A DNA stretch of 64,000 nt from Candidatus Shapirobacteria bacterium (GCA_041661765.1 JBAZTV010000003.1:1064-65063), one strand, 5' to 3'. Positions 26,896 to 40,196 are shown, counted from the first letter of the stretch. Numbers and translations are program-made. Notes: generated from the letters alone by a model not told the origin.

Positions 26896-27963
26896 ATGGT
26901 CAAAATCAAAAAATCAATTAAAGAAAATAGTTCTCCAAAAACTATAAAAGAATTAAATAAAATTTATATAAAAGTCCCTCTAATTGGGGTTATTCTGTTT
27001 CTACTACTATTAGTTGCTGCTTCTTTCGCTGCCGGATTCTCTTTAATGAAAATCAAAAATGGAGACAATCCATCAACAGTTACCGATACAAAATTAACCT
27101 CTGGTAATGTTTTTGATGCAGATAATACTGATAAACCAGAATTAGATTTTTATGTTATGAGTTTTTGCCCATACGGTAATCAAATGGAAACTACCCTTCG
27201 CCCTGTCTTTGACCTTCTTGGCGACAAAGTCACCATTAAGCCTCGTTATATTTTTGAAAAAATAGAAGGCGATTTAACTACCTACTGTAAAAACAGTAGT
27301 CCAGACGCAACCAATTGCGCTACTTATGTCAAAAATAGTAATGGTCAACTCAAAGATGTTGATGATTGTAAAAACCAAATTGCCGCTATGGTTAAAACCT
27401 GCAATAATGAAAGTCAATATTTAAAAATAGGTAATAACCTTTATTCATCCCTGCATGGTCGAGTTGAGGCAAATCAAGATGTTCGAGAACTTTGTGCCTA
27501 CAATTTAGCTGATAATAAAAAACTTTGGTGGGATTTTGTTAAAAACGTCAATGATAACTGCACAGTACAAAACGCTGATACTTGTTGGGAAGAGCAAGCC
27601 ACTAAAGCTGGTCTCGATGCCAATAAAATTACTGAGTGTTTCAACAAAGATGCTGCTAATTTAATTGAAGCAGAAATTGCTGATACTACTAAAAATAAAA
27701 TTTCTGGATCTCCAACTTTAATGATAGCTGACAAAGCTTTTCCTCCAACAATTGACAGTGCTTCAACTGACCAAAACATCAAAATTGGAAAAGAAGTTTT
27801 TACTTTAGCCAATACTCGCACTTCAAATGTGATTAAAGCTGCTCTTTGCACTGGTTTCAAAAATCAACCAAAAGAATGTAAGACTAAAATAGAAGAAGCA
27901 GTTGCTGCCAATGGCCAACCTGCTGCTGCAGTCGCTGCTGGCGGTGGTTGCGCCGCTCAATAG
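26896..27963 (+). CDS. Membrane-anchored Cys-rich extracytoplasmic protein (possible thioredoxin-fold, CPYG motif)
   Basis: N-terminal TM helix; many Cys; C-terminal Ala/Gly-rich tail. Confidence 0.3.
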   Translation: MVKIKKSIKENSSPKTIKELNKIYIKVPLIGVILFLLLLVAASFAAGFSLMKIKNGDNPSTVTDTKLTSGNVFDADNTDKPELDFYVMSFCPYGNQMETTLRPVFDLLGDKVTIKPRYIFEKIEGDLTTYCKNSSPDATNCATYVKNSNGQLKDVDDCKNQIAAMVKTCNNESQYLKIGNNLYSSLHGRVEANQDVRELCAYNLADNKKLWWDFVKNVNDNCTVQNADTCWEEQATKAGLDANKITECFNKDAANLIEAEIADTTKNKISGSPTLMIADKAFPPTIDSASTDQNIKIGKEVFTLANTRTSNVIKAALCTGFKNQPKECKTKIEEAVAANGQPAAAVAAGGGCAAQ

Positions 27964-27976
27964 TTTTTTGCAATTT

Positions 27977-28007
27977 AAAAACCCTCCGAAATTTCGGAGG
28001 GTTTTTT
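27977..28007 (+). terminator. Rho-independent terminator AAAACCCTCCGAAAT/ATTTCGGAGGGTTTTTT
   Basis: Perfect 13-bp palindrome followed by a T-run, right after the stop of 26896..27963. Confidence 0.8.
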
Positions 28008-28022
28008 GGTTATAATCTACCT

Positions 28023-28565
28023 ATGAAACTCAATTCCCATCAAATCCGCAAATCAAAAGTAGGGGATTCTTTAAAGCTACAAAAACAAATCAAAAGAAAT
28101 CCAATTGTTTTAGTTTTAGATAATGTCCTAGATACTTACAATATTGGCTCTTTTTTTCGTCTGGCCGATGCCTTAGCTGTCGAAAAAATTTGTCTTTGTG
28201 GTCCAGTAGTCACTCCACCAAACATAAAAATTCACCGAGCTTCAATTGGCACTTGGAAGTGGGTTCCCTGGGAACAATATCAAAACACAAAAGAATGTAT
28301 TGAAAAACTTAAAAAAGACGGTTATCAAATCATTGCCTGTGAACAAACCAAAGACAGTATTAATTATTTAGATGCCAAATATAAATTTCCAGTCGCCATA
28401 ATTGCTGGCAGTGAATCATTTGGAATCTCTAAAGATGTTTTAAAATTGGTTGATAAAGTAGTAGAAATACCTATGTTTGGGATAAATATCTCTCTAAACG
28501 TTTTAGTTGCCACTTCTGTTATCAGTTTTGATGTTGTATCTAAACTTACACATAAAAAAGCCTAA
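28023..28565 (+). CDS. SpoU/TrmH-family RNA 2'-O-methyltransferase (start at ATG 28023, after the terminator)
   Basis: NIGSFFRLADA motif and SPOUT fold-like C-terminus. Confidence 0.65.
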   Translation: MKLNSHQIRKSKVGDSLKLQKQIKRNPIVLVLDNVLDTYNIGSFFRLADALAVEKICLCGPVVTPPNIKIHRASIGTWKWVPWEQYQNTKECIEKLKKDGYQIIACEQTKDSINYLDAKYKFPVAIIAGSESFGISKDVLKLVDKVVEIPMFGINISLNVLVATSVISFDVVSKLTHKKA

Positions 28566-28642
28566 AGTAGGGCATTTTTTAAAAAATAATTTTATACAAT
28601 TTTATACAAAAATTTATCCTAAAGATAGGAATAATTTGCTTG

Positions 28643-30621
<1,979 letters not shown>

Positions 30622-30634
30622 GGGAGAAAAAAAT

Positions 30635-33283
30635 ATGGCTAGTAATATAGAAGATAAAATCCAAAACAAAACTCCATTTAATATTGGTAAGATTCTTGAT
30701 GTCGATCTTGTTCCTGAAATGGAAAAATCTTACCTCGATTATTCAATGAGTGTTATCGTTCAACGCGCTCTTCCAGACGTTCGGGACGGCATGAAACCGG
30801 TTCATCGTCGCATTATTTACGCCATGAATCAAGCCGGCATGACTCCCAGCAGTAAAAATGTAAAATCAGCCGCTGTTGTCGGTGATGTTTTAAAATCTTA
30901 TCATCCACACGGCGACATGTCTGTCTACATGGCTCTCGTTCGTATGGCCCAAGAATTTTCCCTTAGATATCCTCTGATCAAAGGTCAAGGAAACTTTGGT
31001 TCAATCGACGGCGATCCTCCAGCCGCCATGCGTTACACTGAAGTTAAAATGGATAAACTAACTGCTGAAATGGTCACTGACATCAATAAAAATACTGTCG
31101 AGATGATGCCAAACTACGACGCCTCAACTGAAGAGCCAACTGTTCTTCCAGCTAGAATTCCCAATCTTTTATTAAACGGTGCCGACGGTATTGCTGTTGG
31201 TATGGCCACTCGCATTCCACCTCATAATTTAAAGGAATTATGCCAGGCCATTGATTTTATTTTAGACAAAAGTCGTCTTGAAAGAATCGAATCCGAAGTT
31301 GAAATAAATAATCTTTTAATTCAACCCAAAACCACCATTGATTTAGTTTTAAAACCAATTTACGAACTAGAAAAAGAACATTTTAATTTTGAAACCAGTG
31401 CCACTGTCGAAGATTTAACTAAATTTGTTCAAGGCCCAGATTTTCCTACCTCAGGAGAAATTTACGGAAAAACCGGCATTCTTGAAATGTATGCCACTGG
31501 CCGTGGTAAATTTATTGTTCGCGGTAAAACCAATATAGAAGAAACCAAATCTGGTCGAATTAGAATCATTATTACTGAATTACCTTACCAAGTAAATAAG
31601 GCCGAATTTGTCAAAAAAATTGCTGATTTAGTTCGTGACAAAAAAATAATTGGCATCTCTGATCTTCGCGACGAATCCGATCGTCATGGTATTAGAGTTG
31701 TGGTTGAAATTAAAAAAATCGGCAGACCAAAGTCAGTTTTAAACAAACTCTTTAAATATACCGCTCTTCAATCATCTTATTCAGCCAATATGTTGGCTCT
31801 GGTTGACGGTGTTCCTCAAACTCTCAACTTACGTCAAATGTTACTTCTTTTCCTTCGACATCGAGAAACAGTTATTCGTCGTCGCACCATTTTTGATCTC
31901 AAAGGCATGATGATGCGTTCTCATATTCTCGAAGGTCTTAAAAAAGCACTCGATATCATCGACGAAATTATTAAAACCATTCGTGCTTCAAAAAGTACTG
32001 ATGAAGCTCGAGAAAATTTAATAACCAAATTTGAATTTACAGATCTTCAAGCCAATGCTATTCTTGAAATGCAACTTCGTAAACTCGCCGCCCTCGAACG
32101 TCAAAAACTCGAAGAAGAATTAAAGAATGTATTAGAGACAATCAATGAATTAACCGCAATCATCACCAAACCAGAAATTATGGTTGCTGTTCTAAAAAAA
32201 GAAAACAGTGAAATTATTGAAAAATATGGAGATGTTCGAAAAACTAAAATATTTGTTCGAGGTCTAGACGATTTTAGTGAAGAAGATTTAATTCCAAACG
32301 AAGCCGTTCTTATCGCTCTTACTAAAACAGGTTATATTAAACGAGTTGCCAAAGAAACCTATCATACTCAAAAACGCGGTGGTGTCGGTGTCGTTGGTAT
32401 GACCACTAAAAATGAAGACGAAATTGAATGTATGCTTTCCGTTGACACCCACGATGATCTCTTATTTTTCACCAACCGCGGTCGAGTTTTTAAAACCAAA
32501 GTTTGGGATGTTCAAGAAGGTAGTCGACAAGCCAAAGGTCAGGCAGTCGTCAATTTAATTAATACTATTCAAGGTGAAACTGTTCAAACAATTCTTCCTA
32601 TTAGTAAAAATACTAAAGCTAAGTTTATTTTACTTGCCACAAAAAATGGAGTTGTCAAAAAGACTTCTATTGATAAATTTAAAAATATTCGTCAAACCGG
32701 TTTAGCCGCCATCAAACTCGATCTCAATGATCAACTTACTTGGGCTAAACTAACCGAAGGTGATAACCAAATATTTTTAGTTACTAAAAATGGTAAATGT
32801 ATTCGTTTTGATGAAAGAGATTGTCGACCAATGGGTCGTCAAACTCGAGGTGTTCGAGGCATTCTTCTTAAAGAAGGTGACACCCTAGTTGGTATGGCTG
32901 TTGTCCCCAGTGTTATTGATAAAAAAGAAAAGGGGATTTTTAAACACCTTCTAGTTGTCACTGAAAATGGTGTCGGTAAAAGAACTGATGTCTATCTCTA
33001 CCCTTCCCAAAAACGAGGTGGTATCGGCATTAAAGTTGCCAATCTCAGTGTTAAATCCGGTAAAATCGCCGCCGCTCAAGTCGTTTCTGAAGTTGATGAA
33101 TTAGTTGTTCTTGTTTCCAAAAAAGCTATAACCATCAAACTACCATTAAAAAATATTCCCACCCTTAGTCGTAACACTAAAGGAGTTATCCTTATGCGTT
33201 TCAAATCCACCGATGACAAGCTAAATGCCATGACTATTATTGACAAAAATGATTCCGCCGTGGAAGACGAAAAAATCAAATAA
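30635..33283 (+). CDS. gyrA: DNA gyrase subunit A
   Basis: AMRYTEVKM active-site Tyr region; GyrA-box-like QKRGGVG in the C-terminal beta-pinwheel. Confidence 0.9.
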   Translation: MASNIEDKIQNKTPFNIGKILDVDLVPEMEKSYLDYSMSVIVQRALPDVRDGMKPVHRRIIYAMNQAGMTPSSKNVKSAAVVGDVLKSYHPHGDMSVYMALVRMAQEFSLRYPLIKGQGNFGSIDGDPPAAMRYTEVKMDKLTAEMVTDINKNTVEMMPNYDASTEEPTVLPARIPNLLLNGADGIAVGMATRIPPHNLKELCQAIDFILDKSRLERIESEVEINNLLIQPKTTIDLVLKPIYELEKEHFNFETSATVEDLTKFVQGPDFPTSGEIYGKTGILEMYATGRGKFIVRGKTNIEETKSGRIRIIITELPYQVNKAEFVKKIADLVRDKKIIGISDLRDESDRHGIRVVVEIKKIGRPKSVLNKLFKYTALQSSYSANMLALVDGVPQTLNLRQMLLLFLRHRETVIRRRTIFDLKGMMMRSHILEGLKKALDIIDEIIKTIRASKSTDEARENLITKFEFTDLQANAILEMQLRKLAALERQKLEEELKNVLETINELTAIITKPEIMVAVLKKENSEIIEKYGDVRKTKIFVRGLDDFSEEDLIPNEAVLIALTKTGYIKRVAKETYHTQKRGGVGVVGMTTKNEDEIECMLSVDTHDDLLFFTNRGRVFKTKVWDVQEGSRQAKGQAVVNLINTIQGETVQTILPISKNTKAKFILLATKNGVVKKTSIDKFKNIRQTGLAAIKLDLNDQLTWAKLTEGDNQIFLVTKNGKCIRFDERDCRPMGRQTRGVRGILLKEGDTLVGMAVVPSVIDKKEKGIFKHLLVVTENGVGKRTDVYLYPSQKRGGIGIKVANLSVKSGKIAAAQVVSEVDELVVLVSKKAITIKLPLKNIPTLSRNTKGVILMRFKSTDDKLNAMTIIDKNDSAVEDEKIK

Positions 33284-33298
33284 AATAAAATCTATTTG

Positions 33299-33332
33299 GT
33301 AGAGACGGTCCGAAATTTCGGACCGTCTCTAC
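33299..33332 (+). repeat. REP-like perfect 34-nt palindrome GTAGAGACGGTCCGAAATTTCGGACCGTCTCTAC, intergenic after gyrA (probably also a terminator)
   Basis: 17-bp perfect stem with GTAG/CTAC termini. Confidence 0.8.
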
Positions 33333-33541
33333 ATATTTTATTAATACTATAAGACATACACATTTAATAAGCACACATTAGCAGATAATATAAATAATTG
33401 CTAATACACCCCATATTTCTATTTTTGGCCTAAATTAGGGATAAATTCAACACTACTAAAGATAAACCGAATGAAAACAGTGCAGGGGAGTGATTTTTAT
33501 AAAAATGGCCTCACTATAGGGTATTAATATTACATGTGATC

Positions 33542-34480
33542 TTATTTATTACCACTATGAAATTTCTCATGAACTTCTCTTAATCTAGCATCTGTCACAT
33601 GGGTGTAAATTTGAGTCGTAGCAATATTTTTATGTCCCAAAAGTTCTTGGACTGATCTCAAATCCGCTCCAGATCGAAGCAGGTCAGTCGCCATTGAATG
33701 TCTTAAAGTATGAGGCGTCGCATCAACCGGTAAATTCGCCGTTTTTACATAATGCTTCACCAATCTTTGCACCGATCTAACCGTCAATCTAACTTTTTCT
33801 TCACTCGCTGGAATTTCATTTGGCCGCAAGACTCTACTAAACAGGGGTTTATATTTGTCCTCTCGACTCATTAAATATTTTGCGACATAATCAGCTGCTT
33901 GCCTAGAAATAAAAACCACTCTCGCTCGTCCACCTTTTCCAATCACTCCAAACTCTCTGGTTTTTAAATTAATTTGGTCACGATTCAAATGAACCAATTC
34001 CGAAACCCGCAATCCAGTTGAAAACAAAAGTTCTAAAATTGCTCTGTCTCTAAAACCATTTTTACTAGAGGGGATTGGCTGCACTAAAAGTCTCTCCATC
34101 TGTTGAGCATCTAAAAATTTTAATGAATGATCTTTAACTTTCGGCACATCCAATTTTTCTGGTTGAAGCACTTTGTAATCATTTTTAATCAACCATTTCA
34201 AAAATGACCTCAGGGCAATCACATAATAACCTTGCGTCACCAATTTCATTTCTCCCACAGTTCCCTTCTGTCTGGCCAAAAACAATCTAAACCTTCTCAC
34301 CATATCCGAAGTTATATCATTAATTGTATTTTTTTCATTTTCCTTTTTTCCTTCTGATAAAAACTTTGTCAAGACTTCTAAATAATGCTGATAATTTCTA
34401 ATCGTCAATCTTGAACAATTTTTTTCAATTTCCAGATGCTCTAAAAATCGCCTAATCAAAATATTCAAATCATTTTCCAT
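33542..34480 (-). CDS. Tyrosine site-specific recombinase (XerC/XerD family)
   Basis: C-terminal R..HxxR..Y catalytic signature (HTLRHSMAT...LGH...TQIYTHV). Confidence 0.8.
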   Translation of the reverse strand: MENDLNILIRRFLEHLEIEKNCSRLTIRNYQHYLEVLTKFLSEGKKENEKNTINDITSDMVRRFRLFLARQKGTVGEMKLVTQGYYVIALRSFLKWLIKNDYKVLQPEKLDVPKVKDHSLKFLDAQQMERLLVQPIPSSKNGFRDRAILELLFSTGLRVSELVHLNRDQINLKTREFGVIGKGGRARVVFISRQAADYVAKYLMSREDKYKPLFSRVLRPNEIPASEEKVRLTVRSVQRLVKHYVKTANLPVDATPHTLRHSMATDLLRSGADLRSVQELLGHKNIATTQIYTHVTDARLREVHEKFHSGNK

Positions 34481-35322
34481 AAACTATCTTATCATGATAC
34501 CAATTAAGAGGTAAAAGTAATCAGAAAATTTTTAATCTTCATTTCTAGGGGCTCTGGTGACGTCTTAGGTTCATTTTGCCTATCTTTAGGCACAATTATC
34601 AAAATCTCCTCTTTAAAATAGTACAGGGGAGTCAATCACCAAATTTTAAACCCAAAGACCATCTATAAAGCAGGCAAGTCAAATAGGGAATTTGTTTATT
34701 AATTAATTATTAAAAATAAATAAATAAAAGCATGATCCAAATAAAAGAAAAAATAAAAATTTTGAAAAAGACAAAAAACAGCACTCCCCCTACCTAACTC
34801 TTTAGTTAATGTCGCAAAAGATACATTGTGCGACATAGCATATTTAGCCACCTTCTGCTAGGAGATAGGAATAAAAACTCTTTTCCCTCTCTTAGTTATT
34901 TATTAATTAATAATTAATTCTCCATTATTAATTAATTGATAAATAACTCTTACTCCTCCCTCTTGGGCAGTCCTTTTTGATACATTCGGTAAAAAATAGG
35001 TTTTCCACATAGACTATATCACACTATATCACCTGCTCCGTGAAAACTATAGTATATTTCGTGAAAATATTATAGGATGTTTTATATTATAGGACTCCCC
35101 TCCGCCCTGCCCACCTGTTCTTAAAAAAAATTAAAAAACTATAAACTTTAAATTAAAATACCCGTTTTTTTAACCTAACTCTGGTTTTTTTATAGATTAA
35201 AAAAATAGTTCATTGCCTATCATCTACAATTTAAAAATTAATTCTAAACTCCCCTGTTTTAAGAACAAAAAACCATCAAATTATACCTATCTTTCCATTA
35301 AAAATAAATATAAAGTCGCTCT
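34481..35322. other. ~850-bp ORF-free AT-rich region with iteron-like direct repeats (ctatatcac x2, cgtgaaaaNta x2, tattatagg x2), inverted repeats (34897-34952; ATGTCGCA-N12-TGCGACAT at 34817-34844) and three CAGGGGAGT motifs; candidate replication origin, Xer/dif-like site or element boundary
   Basis: Read directly; none of the six-frame ORFs explains it (the one 79-aa ORF there has no support). Confidence 0.4.
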
Positions 35323-35384
35323 GTCTCAGCCAAAGGCTGATCGGCCTCTGGCCGAAAGGGAGGTGCCCGCATGGCGGAGGGTTT
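35323..35384 (+). repeat. G-rich element copy R9, long form (CGGCCtctGGCCG hairpin plus AAGGGAGGTGCCCgcatGGCGGAGGGTTTT), abutting the stop of the ABC exporter gene
   Basis: Homologous to R6 over ~60 nt. Confidence 0.75.
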
Positions 35385-37144
35385 TATTTTATAAACCCAC
35401 CCACTTGTATATTCCAAAGCCTTTTATAAACACCTTTTTCTTGTTTAATTAATTTTTCATGAATTCCTTCCTCAACAATCTTTTTATTATCTATAACTAC
35501 AATTCTATCCGCTTTTTTAATAGTAGATAATCTATGAGCAATTATAATCACCGTTTTATTTTTCATTAACGCATCCAATGATTCTTGTATAAATCTTTCT
35601 GATTCCGAATCTAAACTTGAAGTAGCCTCATCTAAAACCAATATTGGTGCGTTTCTTAAAATTGCCCTAGCAATAGCCACTCTTTGACGTTCACCACCAG
35701 AAAGCTTGATTCCTCTTTCCCCAACAAAAGTATCGTAACCAAAATGCAATTTACTTATAAATTCATCACAATGTGCCAATTTAGCCGCCCTAATTACTTC
35801 TTCATCAGTCGCATCAAACTTACCATATCGAATATTTTCCATCAAACTCCTGTGAAATAATATCGGATCTTGCGGCACTAAACTAATATTGTTTCTTAAA
35901 CTCTCTTGAGTAACCTGTGAAATATCCTGACCGTCAATCAATATTTTCCCTTTTTGTATTTCAAACATCCTTAATAATAATTTAGTTAGTGTCGTCTTTC
36001 CTGCACCAGATGTTCCTATCAATGCCACAGTTTCTTTTGCCTTAATTTCTAAACTAAAATCATCAATAATACTTTCGTCTTCTTCATAAGCAAAACCAAC
36101 ATTATTAAAATTTATTTTTCCAAACTTAACTTTCAAATCACTAGCATTTTTTGTATCAACAATTTCATGTGGAATATTCAAAATAACTGTCATCTCCTCA
36201 GCTTCAGCCAATTTTTCATATATCTTCATAATTATTTTACCAAAATCCCAAACCATCGACATCACAAATATAATATAAGTTTGTATTAATACAAAATCAC
36301 CAACAGTTATAACATCTCTACTCCAAAGTTTAATTGCAAAATAAAATATTCCTACTTCTAAAAACACCAGTAAAAGTGATTGTAAACCATAAAATCCTGA
36401 ACCTAACTCCCAAGCAAACACTCTCACTTTATGTAAATTATCTGCCAAATTAGAAAAACTATTGTTTTCCTTTTTATATCCGTTAAATAACTTTATATTA
36501 GCATTATTAGTTACCGTATCAGCCAAAAAACTACTTGTAGCCGTTTCTGCTTCACTTCTCTGAATATCAAATTTTAATTTATATTTAGTAAAAATCCAAT
36601 TAATTAATAAGAATAATATTATCCAAACCAATATTCCCAACCCCAAATAAATATTAATCTTAGCCAAAACAATAATAATAATTGATATTTTTATAAACGA
36701 TGGTAGTAACTGATAAAAAAATTGATCTGCTAGAACTTCAAAAGCACCAATAAAACTTTTAACTTTTTTAACAATAGAACCAGTAAAACTATTAGAAAAA
36801 TAAGCAAAAGAATGATAATGTAAATAAGAAAAGCATTCCTTGCTTAAATCTGTCATGATTTTTGACTCATAGAAATTTAAAATGAAGAATGCAACTCGCC
36901 AAAAAAACCACTTAAGTAATTTCAATACTGATATCACTAACAAAATCGAAAACAAACTTACGGTTAAAATATCTTTAGGCTGGTTTTCAGTTAAAACATT
37001 AAAAAAATTCTTAAAATATATAGGAATTATTGACTCTAATACTGAACCAGTAATAATTAAAAAACACAAACTAAAACTGAGCAATTTATAATTACCCATA
37101 TTCTTTAAATAATACTTAACTGTTTTTTTAGTGTTATCTTTCAT
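35384..37144 (-). CDS. ABC exporter, fused permease/ATPase (MsbA-like)
   Basis: 6-TM N-domain; Walker A GTSGAGKTT; LSGGERQRVAIARA; Walker B LVLDEATS. Confidence 0.85.
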   Translation of the reverse strand: MKDNTKKTVKYYLKNMGNYKLLSFSLCFLIITGSVLESIIPIYFKNFFNVLTENQPKDILTVSLFSILLVISVLKLLKWFFWRVAFFILNFYESKIMTDLSKECFSYLHYHSFAYFSNSFTGSIVKKVKSFIGAFEVLADQFFYQLLPSFIKISIIIIVLAKINIYLGLGILVWIILFLLINWIFTKYKLKFDIQRSEAETATSSFLADTVTNNANIKLFNGYKKENNSFSNLADNLHKVRVFAWELGSGFYGLQSLLLVFLEVGIFYFAIKLWSRDVITVGDFVLIQTYIIFVMSMVWDFGKIIMKIYEKLAEAEEMTVILNIPHEIVDTKNASDLKVKFGKINFNNVGFAYEEDESIIDDFSLEIKAKETVALIGTSGAGKTTLTKLLLRMFEIQKGKILIDGQDISQVTQESLRNNISLVPQDPILFHRSLMENIRYGKFDATDEEVIRAAKLAHCDEFISKLHFGYDTFVGERGIKLSGGERQRVAIARAILRNAPILVLDEATSSLDSESERFIQESLDALMKNKTVIIIAHRLSTIKKADRIVVIDNKKIVEEGIHEKLIKQEKGVYKRLWNIQVGGFIK

Positions 37145-37170
37145 CCTTAGTAAAATTGATTATATCCTAT

Positions 37171-38001
37171 TTAATCACCTGAAATTCCAGTCAGTATTAT
37201 TCCTAAAATAGTCGCTATTCCGACCCATACAAAAACTAACCAAGTCCTTTTAAATAATCTACCCCTTAATTCAGCATGTAATAAACCGTTTATTATATAA
37301 ACTATCATCACTAAATAAATTGATCCTTTAAAAATACCAATCGGCCAAAAACTTAAAATCAATGCTATTTCTGAGACCAAAAGTGATGGCATTAATATGT
37401 AATACCAAATGTTTTTATCCTTTCCATCATTAGCCAATTCTATTGTCACACTAAAAAATATATATAAAAAGATTATCATCGATATAATAAAAACGAACAG
37501 CATGTTTAACCAATAAACCAATTTAAAAGAGAATAAACTGTTAAACAAAAAAAATGAAGTCAACAATAATAAAATTAATCCAACAGTATAAGCAGCTCTA
37601 TATAAGGGTGGAGTCCTAAACCCAATTGCCACTAAAAACACATTTTCCACTAAAAACATAGCATAACAAATAAATCCAAAAAATAAACTGTACATTAAAC
37701 TTAAAAATAAATTTTGGGGTAATAAAATTGCAAATAAAGCAAAACCAATAAAAAAAGCAGTCGGCATTACCATCGACATCAAACGAATATATACACTCTT
37801 ATCAAATACAATTCCCAATCCAAACCAAAAACAAAAAATTATTAAAACAATACCTATAAATAACCCATAATAATGAGATTCATAAGGTAAACTTAAAAAA
37901 AAATAAAAACCAACTGACGCTAATAAAGATGAAATAAAATACTTAAATCTTTTTGACATTAGTATATTATACCTTCTTATAATCGAATCCCATAAAAACA
38001 T
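37171..38001 (-). CDS. Hypothetical polytopic membrane protein
   Basis: 8 or more hydrophobic helices. Confidence 0.45.
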   Translation of the reverse strand: MFLWDSIIRRYNILMSKRFKYFISSLLASVGFYFFLSLPYESHYYGLFIGIVLIIFCFWFGLGIVFDKSVYIRLMSMVMPTAFFIGFALFAILLPQNLFLSLMYSLFFGFICYAMFLVENVFLVAIGFRTPPLYRAAYTVGLILLLLTSFFLFNSLFSFKLVYWLNMLFVFIISMIIFLYIFFSVTIELANDGKDKNIWYYILMPSLLVSEIALILSFWPIGIFKGSIYLVMIVYIINGLLHAELRGRLFKRTWLVFVWVGIATILGIILTGISGD

Positions 38002-38668
38002 TTACCACATCATCATTTTCTTCCAATTCTTCCACCATATCCATAATTTTACCCACTTCTTCTTCTGAATTAAGCATAACTGGGTTATTTGATCTTAAAA
38101 CCAATTCTGACCTATTTATAGTTAAACCCATATCCTCTATCTTTTTTACTACACTATCCAAATCATTTGGCTCTACTAAAACAATATTCCCATCAAAATC
38201 AACTGCCCCAGCATCAATTAATTCCAATTGCTTTTCTTCAGGAATTTCACCATTCTGCTCCACAAAATCCAACTCTATCTCCCCTACTCTTTTAAATTGA
38301 AATAATACTGAGTTGTTATCCCCTAAACTTCCACCATAATTTCTAAAAATTAATTTAATTTCACCCAAAATTCTGTTTTTATTATCCGTTTCTAGTTCAA
38401 TCACAACTGGCACTCCAAAAGGACCATAACCTTCCATTGTCATTACTACCAAATTTGCTTTTCTTGACTCAAACTTAGCAATTAATCTATCAATATTTTC
38501 CTTTGGCATATTTACTTCTTTTGCTTTCTCAATCGCCGCCTTTAAACCCACTCCGTCTCTGATTGCTGTCAAAATATTTTTTGATGCTCTAGTAAAAACT
38601 GCACTTCTCTTTTTATCCTGCGCTCCCTTTCGATTTTTAATATTTGACCATTTAGAGTGACCTGACAT
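37967..38668 (-). CDS. YebC/PmpR-family transcriptional regulator
   Basis: N-terminal MSGHSKWSNIK...K signature. Confidence 0.8.
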   Translation of the reverse strand: MSGHSKWSNIKNRKGAQDKKRSAVFTRASKNILTAIRDGVGLKAAIEKAKEVNMPKENIDRLIAKFESRKANLVVMTMEGYGPFGVPVVIELETDNKNRILGEIKLIFRNYGGSLGDNNSVLFQFKRVGEIELDFVEQNGEIPEEKQLELIDAGAVDFDGNIVLVEPNDLDSVVKKIEDMGLTINRSELVLRSNNPVMLNSEEEVGKIMDMVEELEENDDVVNVFMGFDYKKV

Positions 38669-38671
38669 AAA

Positions 38672-39535
38672 TTAATTCCTATTTAAATAACTAGAGTATT
38701 TTATCATTGAAGCTAAATTATCACCAAAATATAATTCCAACTCATTTTCATTCAAAGTTTGATCATATTTTTTATCACAATCAAAAATTTTATTGATCAT
38801 TTTCCATCCATAATTTAAATCAACCTTATCTCCATAAACCATTAAACATTTATCTATTTTTCCTTCATTATTATCAGCCGAAATCACCGAAAATCCTGAC
38901 CATTCCAATCTTTTTGTCATAAAACCAGCCAAACCACTTTCACTGGTATTATTAAAAATTGACAACCTTAAATCCTCATTATTTAACCTATTTTCCGAAA
39001 AATCTCTAACCATAATCTCACTTAAAAATAATTCATTTTGATCTAAACTTCCATCTATTTTTTCCTCTTTCAAAAGCATTTTATCATAATTGATTCTGTA
39101 TTTTAACCAATTTAAAAATCCTAAATTATCAATCAAAACCGAATCTTTTTTCCAATCATTAACTGAATTCAAAACTAAAATCTTATCCGTTAAAAATCCA
39201 AAATTATACCAAAAAACATCCTTCATTAAATCTATTTTTTTCTCTTGTTCTAAAATATTTTTAACTTTTTTATTGTTATACCAAGACATTCCATATGGAA
39301 TCCAAATATCAACCTCAGGCCCCAAATTTAACACATTAATCATTTTTCGCTCATCAGAAATCGATACTAAAACAATTCCATCACTAGCAATTATTCCCAA
39401 TTTATAGTCTAAATTTTCACTTTTATCTCTCTTTTTCAAAAAACCAACTAAAATTAAAATTGCCAAAAATAATAATAAAACCAATCCTAACAATAATTTT
39501 AAATTCAGTATTTTTTTTGTTTTAGCATTCTTCAT
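38672..39535 (-). CDS. Membrane-anchored protein, possibly LytR-CpsA-Psr (LCP) family
   Basis: N-terminal TM; segment DGIVLVSISDERKMINVLNLGPEVDIWIP resembles the LCP core. Confidence 0.35.
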   Translation of the reverse strand: MKNAKTKKILNLKLLLGLVLLLFLAILILVGFLKKRDKSENLDYKLGIIASDGIVLVSISDERKMINVLNLGPEVDIWIPYGMSWYNNKKVKNILEQEKKIDLMKDVFWYNFGFLTDKILVLNSVNDWKKDSVLIDNLGFLNWLKYRINYDKMLLKEEKIDGSLDQNELFLSEIMVRDFSENRLNNEDLRLSIFNNTSESGLAGFMTKRLEWSGFSVISADNNEGKIDKCLMVYGDKVDLNYGWKMINKIFDCDKKYDQTLNENELELYFGDNLASMIKYSSYLNRN

Positions 39536-40196
39536 ATTTCTTTAAAATTTCAACCAAATCTTCAGGCAAATCTATTTCCACTTTCATTTCCTGATTACTA
39601 ATTGGATGTTCAAAAATTATTTTATACGCATGCAAAAATGGCCTTTTAAAACCATCAAGAACTTCCCCTCCATAAACTTTATCACCTACCAACGGCCATC
39701 TTAAATGACTCAAATGAACCCTAATTTGATGCGTTCTTCCAGTTTTTAAATCAATATCCAACAAACTATAAGTTTTTCCATTTTTTTTATATTTTTTAAT
39801 TAATTTAAATTTTGTTAATGCTCTTTTTCCTTCCTCATTGACCCCAAATTTAGCAAAAGAATATTTTGATCTGGCAATCGGCATATCTACTGTCCCCTCA
39901 AAAGAGGCGTCTCCACCTATTAAACAATAATATTTTTTAGTTAAACTTCTTTCTTTAAATTGCTTTTTTAAGCCCAAAAAAACCTCTTCATTTTTAGCCA
40001 CCAAAACTAATCCTGAAGTTCCTTTGTCTAATCTATGAATTATTCCATTTCTCGGTAAATTATTATGTCGAATTTCATGTAGATAATCTTCCAAAGTATT
40101 ACTTTCCTCTTTTTTTTCCTTAGTTGTCGTCATTAATGACGGTTTTTCTATCACTATAATATCTTTATCCTCAAAAATTATTTTGACTTTTTCCAT
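39522..40196 (-). CDS. RluA-family pseudouridine synthase
   Basis: HRLDKGTSGLVLVAKN catalytic Asp motif. Confidence 0.8.
   Translation of the reverse strand: MEKVKIIFEDKDIIVIEKPSLMTTTKEKKEESNTLEDYLHEIRHNNLPRNGIIHRLDKGTSGLVLVAKNEEVFLGLKKQFKERSLTKKYYCLIGGDASFEGTVDMPIARSKYSFAKFGVNEEGKRALTKFKLIKKYKKNGKTYSLLDIDLKTGRTHQIRVHLSHLRWPLVGDKVYGGEVLDGFKRPFLHAYKIIFEHPISNQEMKVEIDLPEDLVEILKKYEEC

Noticed and set aside
33511-33528. Exact match to the T7 promoter core CTCACTATAGGG in ggcctcactatagggtat
   Set aside because: Only 12 of 23 promoter positions match (the upstream TAATACGA specificity region is absent) and no phage-type RNAP is nearby; probably chance.
34552-34600. tmRNA-like 5' end (GGGGCUCUGGUGACG...)
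   Set aside because: There is no matching tRNA-Ala-like 3' end (T-arm/acceptor), tag-peptide ORF or pseudoknot region downstream on either strand.
35213-35452. 79-aa plus ORF in the non-coding region upstream of the ABC exporter
   Set aside because: It runs through repeat element R9 and overlaps the 3' end of the exporter gene, and it has low-complexity composition; unlikely to be real.
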